From positions 17,150 to 81,149 of the forward strand of contig NZ_JBLXFR010000008.1 of assembly GCF_048261845.1 (NCBI RefSeq): DNA of 64,000 bases, read 5' to 3'. Each line of letters opens with the position of its first letter. Positions within the stretch are counted from its first letter, which is position 1. The notes beneath the pieces are model-generated. The model had not been told where the DNA came from. It made no database searches and saw only the letters and a list, made by a program, of their open reading frames with translations. The position numbers were made by a program, and so were the translations under genes. Positions 19,758-29,062 of this stretch are shown piece by piece. The stretch comes from Stappia sp. GTDB lineage: Bacteria > Pseudomonadota > Alphaproteobacteria > Rhizobiales > Stappiaceae.

Positions 19758-20840
19758 TCAAAGCGGCGCCTTGGCGGTCCGGGGACCGCGAAATGCCGGA
19801 GCGATCGGCATCACGGTCGCCGGCAGACGATGCGCGCCGGTCTCGACGACGTGGTCGAACAGCCCACGCTCCATGAAATGCGGATCACGCAGGGCCTCCT
19901 CCAGCGTTGCGAGCGGTGTGGCGCAGCAGTCCGCGGCCGCAAGCACTTTTGACCAGTGGGCCGTGTCGTGCGCGGCGAAACGGGCGGCAATTGCCGCGCC
20001 GGTCGCCACAGGATCGCGCGCGTCGTCACGAAGGTCCGGGGCCAGCCCGACCGCCTCGCACAGCGCCGCCCAAAACTTTTCCTCGAGCGCGCCGACCGCG
20101 ATCAGTCCGCCGTCGGAGGCCGGATAGATCCGGTAGCGCGGCGAGCCGCCGGTCAGGAGATCATCGCCATTGCCCGGAAGGATGCCGGTTGCGGCAAGCT
20201 TCGCATGGGCAAACAACGCGAAAGTGAACATCGCGTCGCACATCGCGATGTCGATGAGCGATCCCCTTCCCGTCCGTTCGCGTGCGAACAGCGCCAGCAG
20301 GATGTTGATGACCGCCGGAAAACTGCCGCCGCCAATGTCGGCAAGCTGAGCGGGAGGCAGCACCGGCGCTTCGGCCGTGCCGCAGGACAGCGCAAGCAGG
20401 CCGGTCAGGGCCATGTAGTTGAGGTCGTGCCCTGCCTCGCCCGCCCGAGGGCCTGTCTGCCCGAAACCCGTGATCGAGCAATGGACAAGGCGCGGATTGC
20501 GCGCCATCAGCACATCGGCGCCAAGCCCGACACGCTGCATCACGCCGGGGCGGAACTGCTCGATGACGACATCGGCCCCGTCCACGAGCGCCAGGACCTT
20601 GTCGCGGTCGGTCGGATTCTTCAGGTCGGCCTCGACGCAGGTCTTGCCCCGGTTGAGCATCGCATAGAGCGCGCTTGCCGGCCCGACGCGCGGCGGGAAG
20701 AAGCGCATGTCCTCGCCGCCCGGTCGCTCGATCTTGATCACTGTCGCGCCCGCCTCGGCGAGCATCAGACTGGCCAGGGGACCGGGCAACAGCGTGCTGA
20801 AATCGACGACGGTGATGCCGGAAAGCGGTTGTTCGTTCAT
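19758..20840 (-). CDS. CaiB/BaiF family III CoA-transferase
   Basis: LPGPLASLMLAEAGATVIKIE, EQFRPGVM, GHDLNY. Confidence 0.92.
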   Translation of the reverse strand: MNEQPLSGITVVDFSTLLPGPLASLMLAEAGATVIKIERPGGEDMRFFPPRVGPASALYAMLNRGKTCVEADLKNPTDRDKVLALVDGADVVIEQFRPGVMQRVGLGADVLMARNPRLVHCSITGFGQTGPRAGEAGHDLNYMALTGLLALSCGTAEAPVLPPAQLADIGGGSFPAVINILLALFARERTGRGSLIDIAMCDAMFTFALFAHAKLAATGILPGNGDDLLTGGSPRYRIYPASDGGLIAVGALEEKFWAALCEAVGLAPDLRDDARDPVATGAAIAARFAAHDTAHWSKVLAAADCCATPLATLEEALRDPHFMERGLFDHVVETGAHRLPATVMPIAPAFRGPRTAKAPL

Positions 20841-20866
20841 GCAGCTCCCTCTTCTGCCAAGGCTGT

Positions 20867-21820
20867 TCAATTCAGCGGCAGGAGCCCTTCGGTGATCAGG
20901 TAGATGAAGACAGAGACCGTGATGGTCGAGGCAATGGTCCCGAGCAGGATCGCGCTGGACGCGCGCTGGACATAGACCTGATATTGCTGGGCGATCACGA
21001 AGACATTCGCCGCCGGCGGCAGGCAGGCCATCAGGACGGCGGTCGCCACCCAGGCCGGATCGAAACCGCCCACCCAGTTGAGCAGCACCAATACGATCAA
21101 CGGATGGACGACCAGTTTCACGGCCATGATCACCGGCAGTTCCAGCGGCGTGCGTCCCAGCGGCTGCAGGGCCACCGTCACGCCCATGGCAAACAAAGCG
21201 CAGGGAGCTGCCGCATTGCTCAGGAAGGTCAGCAGGGTTTCAATCGCCTGAGGAGGCTGGAACTGAACTGCCGCGGCAAACACGCCTGCTATCGTGGCAA
21301 GGATGAAGGGATGAGTGAATATCCGCTTCAGGACCGTGACGGCCATGGTCAGTGGAGGTTCGTTGTCGGTGCCGCCGATCGCCATCATCAACGGCACCAG
21401 CGTGAACAGCAGGATGTTGTCGAAACAGAAGACCAGCGCCGTCGGCACGGCCGCCGCCGGGCCGAGCACGGCCAGTGTCAGGCCCGGCCCCATGTAGCCG
21501 ATATTGGAATAGGATCCGGCAAGCGCCTGGATGGTCGCCTCCGGAATGTTGCCGCGCGAGGCCAGCACCCCCACGCAGAAGGCGACGGCAAAGGCGCAGT
21601 AGGTTGCGAACGTCGTTGCCGCGACATAGCCGATATTGGTCAGTTCCTCGATCGGCGTCTTGGCCAGCAGGCGGAAGAACAGGGCCGGCAACGCGATATA
21701 GATGATGAAAAACTGCATCCAGGCGAGCCCCGACGCCGGGATCTTCTTCAGCTTTCCGGCCGCGACCCCGAGAAAGATCAGGCCGAAGAACGGAAGCGCC
21801 AGTGAAATCACATTTTCCAT
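20867..21820 (-). CDS. AEC (auxin efflux carrier) family transporter
   Basis: Multiple TM segments, NIGYMG, ACLPPAANVF. Confidence 0.88.
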   Translation of the reverse strand: MENVISLALPFFGLIFLGVAAGKLKKIPASGLAWMQFFIIYIALPALFFRLLAKTPIEELTNIGYVAATTFATYCAFAVAFCVGVLASRGNIPEATIQALAGSYSNIGYMGPGLTLAVLGPAAAVPTALVFCFDNILLFTLVPLMMAIGGTDNEPPLTMAVTVLKRIFTHPFILATIAGVFAAAVQFQPPQAIETLLTFLSNAAAPCALFAMGVTVALQPLGRTPLELPVIMAVKLVVHPLIVLVLLNWVGGFDPAWVATAVLMACLPPAANVFVIAQQYQVYVQRASSAILLGTIASTITVSVFIYLITEGLLPLN

Positions 21821-22010
21821 CGGGGTCTCCGGCGGACACGAGGAGGTGTCCGCATGCGGCCGGCATGTTGCCAAGCCCGGGCCGCTTGGTTAATCACCGC
21901 AGGCCTAGCGGGTTCGCAAAGACCGGTCAACGGCAGCGAAGGGAACTTTGGAATGACGCGGAGCGGCGACAGCTTGCGATGAGACGGCAACCTCAAACCC
22001 GGTCGGGCAG

Positions 22011-22886
22011 ATGACCAAGGGCTCAGAACTGCACGGGCTTCGGTATCGGGCCGAATGGGCCGCGCTCGCCTTCATCCTCTGGTTGCTGCGCCTGCTGCCG
22101 CCCGACACGGCATCGTGGCTGATGGGCAAGGCGTGGCGCTTCATCGCGCCGTTCAACAGCCGCCACCGGCGCGCGCTTGGCAATCTCTCCCGCGCGATGC
22201 CCGGGCTTTCCCCCCGCGAGAAGCAGCGGATCGTCCGCGACATGTGGGAAAACCTCGGACGCATCGCCGCCGAAACCTTGCAGCTCGACCGGATTTCCGC
22301 CGATTCCGCGCGTTTCGACTACGATATCGATGCCGTTCGAGAGACGGTCGGTGACGGCGGCGCCGTTGTGGTGTCACTGCATGCGGGCAATTGGGAAGTA
22401 ACGGCGCTGGGCGGTCTTGCCGCCGGGTGGCAGCCGGCCGGTGTCTACCAGTCGCTGAAAAACCCGCTGACGGACCGGATTGTCTACGACCTGCGCGCGA
22501 GGCTCTACCCCGCAGGACTGTTCCCCAAGAACCACGAAACCGCACGCAGGCTGCTGACCCTGGCGCGCTCCGGTGGCCGAACCGCGATGCTGGCCGACCT
22601 TCAGGACCGCCGGGGTGGCGTGATACCGTTTTTCGGGCACGACGCCTATGCAACCCTTTATCCTGCGACCATCGCGCGTGCGGCAGGCGTTCCACTCGTC
22701 GCGAGTCGCGTCGTCCGCCTCCCGGGCAACCGCTTCCGGATCGAGGCCCGTATCGTCGAGATGCCGGATACCGGCGATCGCAAGGCGGACGCCCTGGAAG
22801 CCACCCGGCGCTACCATGCGCTGTTCGAGCAGTGGATCCGCGAGTACCCCTCCCAGTGGATGTGGATCATGCGCAAGTGGGTCTGA
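22011..22886 (+). CDS. Lipid A late acyltransferase (LpxL/HtrB family)
   Basis: SLHAGNWE, LADLQD, FFG, EQWIREYPSQWMW. Confidence 0.85.
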   Translation: MTKGSELHGLRYRAEWAALAFILWLLRLLPPDTASWLMGKAWRFIAPFNSRHRRALGNLSRAMPGLSPREKQRIVRDMWENLGRIAAETLQLDRISADSARFDYDIDAVRETVGDGGAVVVSLHAGNWEVTALGGLAAGWQPAGVYQSLKNPLTDRIVYDLRARLYPAGLFPKNHETARRLLTLARSGGRTAMLADLQDRRGGVIPFFGHDAYATLYPATIARAAGVPLVASRVVRLPGNRFRIEARIVEMPDTGDRKADALEATRRYHALFEQWIREYPSQWMWIMRKWV

Positions 22887-22958
22887 CCGGCGCGCGGGCG
22901 GACAACACGGCCCCGGACATATCTCCTGCTTGAATGCCGCAGCGCGAATGTATTTATA

Positions 22959-22970
22959 TGCATTGCAGCA
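22959..22970 (+). promoter_or_regulatory. PhaR/AniA-like operator upstream of the CoA lyase
   Basis: TGCATTGCAGCA fits TGCRNYGCASMA, the rhizobial PhaR consensus as I recall it. Lies in an AT-rich promoter region. Confidence 0.5.
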
Positions 22971-22993
22971 TAAATGTTCGGGAGGAACAGGAC

Positions 22994-24037
22994 GTGAAGA
23001 CACCGCGCGCATTCTATCAACCGCTTGCCATAGGGGCTCCCGCCCCCTTGCGCGAGTTGCCGGTTCGGCTGGAACGCATGATCCATTTCGTGCCGCCGCA
23101 TGTGGAGAAGATGCGCGCCAAGGTGCCGGACCTGATTTCCGGCGTGGATGTCGTCCTTGGCAATCTCGAGGATGCCATTCCGGCCGACCAGAAAATCGCG
23201 GCGCGGCGCGGGTTCATCCAGATGGCCCGCGACAATGACTTCGGCACCACCGGCCTGTGGACCCGCATCAACTGCCTCAACAGCCCCTGGGTGCTCGACG
23301 ATCTCGTCGAGATCGTCAGCGAAGTCGGCGACAAGCTCGATGTGGTGATGCTGCCGAAGGTCGAAGGTCCCTGGGACATCCACTTCATCGACCAGCTTCT
23401 GGCACAACTCGAGGCCCGCGCCGGCGTCACCCGCCCGATCATGGTTCACGCCATCCTGGAGACGGCGGAGGGCGTGAAGAATGTCGAGACAATCGCCACC
23501 GCCAGCCCGCGCATGCACGGGATGAGCCTTGGACCGGCTGATCTTGCCGCATCGCGCGGCATGAAGACCACCCGCGTCGGCGGCGGTCATCCCGACTACA
23601 CCGTGCTCGCCGACGCAGACGGAACGGACGCGGCACGCGGCGCATTCCAGCAGGACCTTTGGCACTACACGGTTGCGAAGATGGTCGATGCCTGCATGTC
23701 GGCGGGCATCAAGGCCTTCTACGGCCCCTTCGGCGATTTCTCCGATTCCCAGGCCTGCGAGGCGCAGTTCCGCAACGCGTTCCTGATGGGCTGTGTCGGG
23801 GCCTGGTCCCTGCACCCGAACCAGATCGACATCGCCAAGCGCGTCTTCAGTCCGGAGCCGGCCGAGGTCGCCTTTGCCCTGCGCATCCTGGAAGCGATGC
23901 CGGACGGAACCGGCGCCGTGATGATCGACGGCAAGATGCAGGACGACGCGACCTGGAAACAGGCGAAAGTGATTGTCGATCTGGCGCGCATCGTTGCGGC
24001 AAAAGATCCGGCACTCGCCTCCGTCTACGGATTGTAG
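22994..24037 (+). CDS. mcl: Malyl-CoA/beta-methylmalyl-CoA lyase-like (CitE/HpcH family)
   Basis: [63 protein letters not shown], as in Chloroflexus-type Mcl. GTG start with GGAGG RBS. Confidence 0.8.
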   Translation: MKTPRAFYQPLAIGAPAPLRELPVRLERMIHFVPPHVEKMRAKVPDLISGVDVVLGNLEDAIPADQKIAARRGFIQMARDNDFGTTGLWTRINCLNSPWVLDDLVEIVSEVGDKLDVVMLPKVEGPWDIHFIDQLLAQLEARAGVTRPIMVHAILETAEGVKNVETIATASPRMHGMSLGPADLAASRGMKTTRVGGGHPDYTVLADADGTDAARGAFQQDLWHYTVAKMVDACMSAGIKAFYGPFGDFSDSQACEAQFRNAFLMGCVGAWSLHPNQIDIAKRVFSPEPAEVAFALRILEAMPDGTGAVMIDGKMQDDATWKQAKVIVDLARIVAAKDPALASVYGL

Positions 24038-24108
24038 GTCCGTGTGCAGTGCCGGTCCCGGCAACCGTCGCGACTTGTAAACTGAACGTTGAGGGCGTAT
24101 GCGCTAGT

Positions 24109-24139
24109 CTTGAATCAAGGGGAATTGTTCCCCAGACCT
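24109..24139 (+). promoter_or_regulatory. Possible RpoH (sigma32) promoter of hspQ
   Basis: CTTGAA ... CCCAGAC(C)T about 25-55 nt upstream of the hspQ ATG. Confidence 0.4.
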
Positions 24140-24163
24140 GCTCAACTTGGCTGAACTGACGAA

Positions 24164-24487
24164 ATGCGCACCGCGAAATTCATGATCGGACAGGTCGTTC
24201 GGCACCGGGTGTATCCCTTCCGGGGGATCATCTTCGATGTCGATCCGACCTTTTCGAACACAGAGGAATGGTGGGAGGCGATCCCGGACGACGTGCGCCC
24301 GGACCGCGACCAGCCGTTCTATCATCTGCTCGCCGAAAATTCCGAGACGGAATATGTCGCCTATGTGTCCGAGCAGAATCTCGTTCCCGACGATACGGGG
24401 GAGCCGGTCCGCCACCCGCAGGTCGACGAGATCTTCGAGCAGCAGGACGATGGCTCCTACCTGCCCCGCGACGTGGACCTGCACTGA
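24164..24487 (+). CDS. hspQ: Heat shock protein HspQ (YccV domain)
   Basis: KFMIGQVVRHR, RGIIFDVDP, DQPFYHLL, YVSEQNL. Confidence 0.93.
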   Translation: MRTAKFMIGQVVRHRVYPFRGIIFDVDPTFSNTEEWWEAIPDDVRPDRDQPFYHLLAENSETEYVAYVSEQNLVPDDTGEPVRHPQVDEIFEQQDDGSYLPRDVDLH

Positions 24488-24545
24488 ACGGACGGCAGGG
24501 ACCCGGACGCCGACGGGCTCGTGAGTATTCCGCCTTGGGACAAGC

Positions 24546-24583
24546 AAAAACGAGGCGATCCCCGGATCGCGGCGTTTTTTTTT
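24546..24583. terminator. Bidirectional terminator between hspQ and the ialB-like gene
   Basis: AAAAACG..GCGATC-CCCG-GATCGC..CGTTTTTTTTT. Confidence 0.75.
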
Positions 24584-24612
24584 ATTGCTGGAGAACGTCG
24601 AAGCGTCGCCGG

Positions 24613-25239
24613 TCAGTTCGAGCCGGAGACTTCCTTCTGCTTCTCGATCAGCTTCTGGCGGGCTTCCTCGGCGCGCTTCTGCAACTCGGACTGGAGCTGC
24701 TGCTGCTTCTGCTGGAGGGCGGCCGCGTCGATCGGGTCGCCATCATAGACCTTGGTGAAGCCGGACAGGGTCAGCTGGAACGGGACCTGCTTGGCCTGCT
24801 GGTTCAGCGTGGTGAGAACCAGGTTTCCGCCCTTCTTCAACGACCCGATGAAATCGTCGTCAATCACCAGCTCCGAATAGCAGGCGTTGGGGAAGCAGAT
24901 GCCGTATTTCGCTTCGCTCTGCTTGCCGCTGTCGACCTGGACGCGCAGGCCCGGCTGGATCAGCATGCCCGGCGGCACCGCGAGAAGCAGCGTCTTGCGG
25001 GCCTCGCCAGCGATCTCGCGCACGGCAACTGACGCCAGGAACTGCCCCGTATCGGTGCGCAGTTCCTGCGTGACGACACAGATTTCCTTGTTGGACTGCG
25101 GGTCTGTGTTGCAGATTTTCACCCAGGGCGTATCTGCCGGCGGTTCGACCGTCTGCGCGCCGGCGCCGCCAATGGTGGCGATCGCCGCAGCCACGGCAAC
25201 GGTCATGCCCGTCAGGTGGTTCTTGAATCTCTCAGCCAT
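24613..25239 (-). CDS. Invasion-associated locus B (IalB) family protein
   Basis: Signal peptide; WVKIC..C, PPGMLIQPG, CFPNAC, LSGFTKVYDG. Start uncertain. Confidence 0.85.
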   Translation of the reverse strand: MAERFKNHLTGMTVAVAAAIATIGGAGAQTVEPPADTPWVKICNTDPQSNKEICVVTQELRTDTGQFLASVAVREIAGEARKTLLLAVPPGMLIQPGLRVQVDSGKQSEAKYGICFPNACYSELVIDDDFIGSLKKGGNLVLTTLNQQAKQVPFQLTLSGFTKVYDGDPIDAAALQQKQQQLQSELQKRAEEARQKLIEKQKEVSGSN

Positions 25240-25584
25240 GCAATGCGTCCCTAAGTCCATGGTTTCGTCGCAACGGGCAGATATAAGCGCACCGCCGCCG
25301 CGAACCGGAGAAAAATGTGTCGCCCACTCGCCCAATCCTCTGCGCAACGAATGCGGCAAGACCTTGGCTCTTGCGGTCACGGGCGCATCTTTACAGCCAA
25401 GTCACGCGAATATCCAGATTATCGGCGTGGCGCCGTGCCGTCGCGGCGGTTTGCGCCGCACGCGGAAAGCAGATGTTGCGCGAAAGCCGCACCCGGACCG
25501 GCGAGCCGGCACGACCGGCGCCGGGAACGCTGCGTTGAGACGTCGTTAACCATAACAAAGTGATTGCAGGTTAGAGATGATCTC

Positions 25585-27420
25585 ATGATGCAGACACTTA
25601 AATCCCTGATTCTCGCGGGCACGCTCGCGCTGGCGGCAACAGCACCGCTGACGGCGCAGGCGGCGGAAGACGTGCCGTGGCGGCACGGCATCGCCATGCA
25701 TGGCGAACCCGCCCTTGCCCCGGATTTCACCCACCTCCCCTATGCGGATCCGCAAGCCCCGCGCGGCGGCACTGTCACACATGGCGTGCAGGGATCCTTC
25801 GACAGCCTCAACCAGTTCATCGTGCAAGGCGGCACGACGACCGCACGCGGCATCCGCGACACGGATTTCGGCGCGCTGGTCATCGAGAGCCTGCTTGAGC
25901 GCAACATGGACGAACCTTTCGCGCTTTACGGGTTGCTCGCCGAATCGGTGCGGCTGCCGGAGGAACGCGACTGGATCGAGTTCCGGCTGAACGAAAAGGC
26001 CCGCTTTTCCGACGGCACGCCGGTGACGGTCGAGGACGTGATCTTCTCCTTCGGCATCCTGCGCGACAAGGGGCGGCCGCATTTTCGTGCCCGCTACGCG
26101 CGCATCACCGCGATGGAAAAGACGGGCGAGCGCAGCGTCCGCTTTACCTTCGAGGACGGTTCCGATCGCGAGTTGCCGTTGCTTGTCGGCATGTCGCCGA
26201 TCTTCGCGAAGCACACGATCGACCCCGAAACATTCGACAAGAGCACGCTGACGCCTCCGGTCGGCTCCGGCCCCTACGTGATCGATGCCGTCGATCCGGG
26301 CAATCGCATCATCTACCGCCGCAATCCGGACTATTGGGCGCAAGACCTGCCGATCCGCCGCGGTCTCTACAATTTCGACCAGGTACGGATCGAGTATTTC
26401 CGCGACGAGAACGCGCTGCTCGAAGCGTTCAAGAAAGGGCTGGTGCAGGTGCTCCCGGTCGCGGATCCGGCACGCTGGACGACATCGATCGACTTTCCCG
26501 CGGTCGCAGGGGGCGATGTCCTGAAGGAGAGTTTCAGCCTCGGCACACCTGCCGGCATGTACGGTTTCGTCTTCAACACCCGTCGGCCGGTCTTCTCCGA
26601 CCCGCGTGTGCGCCGGGCGTTGGCCATGCTGTTCGATTTCGAATGGGTCAACCGCACGCTCTATCACGGGCTCTATGCACGGACCGGCGGCTACTTCGAC
26701 AATTCGCCCCTCTCCTCGCTCGGCCACCCGGCCAGCGCGCTTGAACGCGACCTGCTCGCCCCCTTTGCCGAGGAGATCGAGCCTGCCGTCATGGACGGAA
26801 CATGGCGTCCGACAGAGGCTGACGGGTCGGGTCGCGACCGGGCCGTGCTGCGTGCGGCCGTCGGTGCACTGGGCAAGGCGGGCTACCGGATCGACGGCGG
26901 CGTGATGAAGGGTCCGGACGGAACACCGCTCGCGTTCGAGATGCTGGTCGCGGCCCAGGACCAGGAGCGACTGGCGCTCGCCTATCAGCGGGCGCTCAAG
27001 CTCGTGGGCATTGCCACGACGATCCGCTCCGTCGACAGCGCCCAGTACCAGCGCCGCCGCCAGACCTTCGATTACGACATGGTGCTGAACACCTGGCTCG
27101 TGTCGTTGTCGCCCGGCAACGAGCAGCGCTATCGCTGGGGCAGCGAGGCCGCCCGCCAGGAGGGCTCGTTCAACTATGCCGGGGTTGCCAGCCCGGCCGT
27201 CGACGCGATGATCGACGCGATGCTGTCCGCGCGCGACCAGGACGGCTTCACCGCCGCCGTCCGCGCCTTCGACCGTGCCCTGATCTCCGGCGCCTATGTT
27301 GTGCCGCTCTTCCATCTTCCCGAAAAATGGGTTGCCCGCTGGCGGGACATCGCCCGCCCGCAGGCGCATTCCGTTTTCGGTCCCCGTTTCGAGACCTGGT
27401 GGTCTGCCAGGGACAATTGA
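25585..27420 (+). CDS. Family 5 extracellular solute-binding protein (YejA-like)
   Basis: HGIAMHGEP, GSFDSLN, YGLLAESV, ARFSDGTPVT, GSGPY, RVRRALAMLFDFEW. No adjacent permeases. Confidence 0.9.
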   Translation: MMQTLKSLILAGTLALAATAPLTAQAAEDVPWRHGIAMHGEPALAPDFTHLPYADPQAPRGGTVTHGVQGSFDSLNQFIVQGGTTTARGIRDTDFGALVIESLLERNMDEPFALYGLLAESVRLPEERDWIEFRLNEKARFSDGTPVTVEDVIFSFGILRDKGRPHFRARYARITAMEKTGERSVRFTFEDGSDRELPLLVGMSPIFAKHTIDPETFDKSTLTPPVGSGPYVIDAVDPGNRIIYRRNPDYWAQDLPIRRGLYNFDQVRIEYFRDENALLEAFKKGLVQVLPVADPARWTTSIDFPAVAGGDVLKESFSLGTPAGMYGFVFNTRRPVFSDPRVRRALAMLFDFEWVNRTLYHGLYARTGGYFDNSPLSSLGHPASALERDLLAPFAEEIEPAVMDGTWRPTEADGSGRDRAVLRAAVGALGKAGYRIDGGVMKGPDGTPLAFEMLVAAQDQERLALAYQRALKLVGIATTIRSVDSAQYQRRRQTFDYDMVLNTWLVSLSPGNEQRYRWGSEAARQEGSFNYAGVASPAVDAMIDAMLSARDQDGFTAAVRAFDRALISGAYVVPLFHLPEKWVARWRDIARPQAHSVFGPRFETWWSARDN

Positions 27421-27439
27421 GTGTTGTGGATGTAACGCG

Positions 27440-29062
27440 ATGATCCTGACGCCGCTGAAGACTATCGAGATGCACCGCCAGACCGGCCTTTGGGGTCAGG
27501 TCACGCTGGATGCGCTGTTCCGCAAGACCGCCGCCGCCCACCCCGACCGGCTCGCGCTTGTCGATGCGGATGCGGCGAGCGGCGGACTGCGCGACACGCC
27601 GCGCCGCCTCACCTATGCTGAGGCCGATCGCGAGATCGCGCGGCTGGCCGCCTTTTTCGCCGCCGTCGGCCTCAAGCAGGACAACGTCGTCGGCCTGCAG
27701 AGCGCCAACACTGTCGATGCGGTGATCTCCCTGCTGGCGGCGCTGCGTGCCGGTCTTGTCGTCGCTCCCTTGCCGCTGCACTGGCGCCAGAAGAACGTCA
27801 TCGAGGCGCTGACGCGCGCCGGGGCCAAGGCGCTGATCGCAGGCGAGAGCTTCGGTGGGCGCTCCATCGGCATGGAGGCCCGCGACACGGCCGCCGAACT
27901 CTTCGCGCTGCGGTTCGTCTTCGGTCTCGGGGACGAGGTCGAGGACGGGCTGATGGAACTCGAACAGATCCTCGCCGACCTGCCCGACGACATGGAGCCG
28001 GCGCCTGTCCGCCGCGACCCGAACGCCGCCGATCACGTGGCGACGCTGACCTGGACCCGTTCCACCAGCGGCGAGCCGCTGCCCATCGCCCGCAGCCACA
28101 ACCAGTGGATCGCCGCCGGCCTGATGCCCTATCTGGAACTGTCGCTGCCGCCCGCGCCGGTTTTCGTCCAGCCCTATGCACTGACGGGCATGGCCGGCCT
28201 TGGTGCCGGCTTCGTTCCCTGGCTGCTTTCCGGCGGCACGCTGCATCTTCACCACCCGGCCTCGCTGCGCCGGCTCGCCGCCCATGCCGATGCCGTCAAG
28301 GCTGACATGGTGCTGTGCCCGGGTTCGCTGGCCCCCGCGCTGGAACGGCGCATCGACACTGCCGAGTGCCGCATCGTGCCCGTGTGGCATGCGCATTCGG
28401 CCGCGGCCACGCCCCACCAGACCAACCGTGACGTGGTCGACCTGCATGTCGCCGACGAATTCGCCATGGTCGCAAGACGTCGCGAGGGAAGCGCCCTGCC
28501 CCGCCCCTTCGCCAGTGGCCGCATCGGCTCGCCTTCGAGCGCGGCAAAGGGACCGGCGTTGCTGGAAATCGACATCGACACCGAATCCGTGCCCAACACG
28601 CTGAAGGTGCGCGGCGCCATGGTCCCCGATGCCGCCTGGCCGGCCTGCAAGGTGCGGGTGCCGACCGACAAGGCCGGTTTCGTCGACACGCTCCTGCCGC
28701 TGCGCCAGAACGAGAGCGGCATCACCGCCTTCGGCATTCCCGGCATGACCGCTCCCGGCGTTGGTTCGCTGCCTTCGCTCGATGCGCTCTATGCCGCCTA
28801 TCCCGGCATCCTGGAGGCGGCCGCCTTCGTCGTCGAGGACGACCTGGTCGGCGCCCGCCTTTATGCCGCGCTGGTTCCCCAAAAAGGCCTGCTCTTCGAT
28901 GTCGAGGGTTTCTTCGCCTATCTGGAGGCGGAACATGCCGGCCTTGCCGAAATCCCGCTCCGGGTGATGCCCGTCGCCCGCCTGCCGCGCAGCGAAACCG
29001 GCAAGGTCGACCGCGCAGCGCTCGCCGCGCGCGCCGGCATGAGCCGGGCCGAAGTGGCGTGA
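27440..29062 (+). CDS. AMP-binding (ANL) superfamily protein with degenerate motifs
   Basis: HPDRLAL, LTYAE, LRAGLVVAPL, A3-like TRSTSGEPLPI, C-terminal LPRSETGKVDR. Confidence 0.75.
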   Translation: MILTPLKTIEMHRQTGLWGQVTLDALFRKTAAAHPDRLALVDADAASGGLRDTPRRLTYAEADREIARLAAFFAAVGLKQDNVVGLQSANTVDAVISLLAALRAGLVVAPLPLHWRQKNVIEALTRAGAKALIAGESFGGRSIGMEARDTAAELFALRFVFGLGDEVEDGLMELEQILADLPDDMEPAPVRRDPNAADHVATLTWTRSTSGEPLPIARSHNQWIAAGLMPYLELSLPPAPVFVQPYALTGMAGLGAGFVPWLLSGGTLHLHHPASLRRLAAHADAVKADMVLCPGSLAPALERRIDTAECRIVPVWHAHSAAATPHQTNRDVVDLHVADEFAMVARRREGSALPRPFASGRIGSPSSAAKGPALLEIDIDTESVPNTLKVRGAMVPDAAWPACKVRVPTDKAGFVDTLLPLRQNESGITAFGIPGMTAPGVGSLPSLDALYAAYPGILEAAAFVVEDDLVGARLYAALVPQKGLLFDVEGFFAYLEAEHAGLAEIPLRVMPVARLPRSETGKVDRAALAARAGMSRAEVA

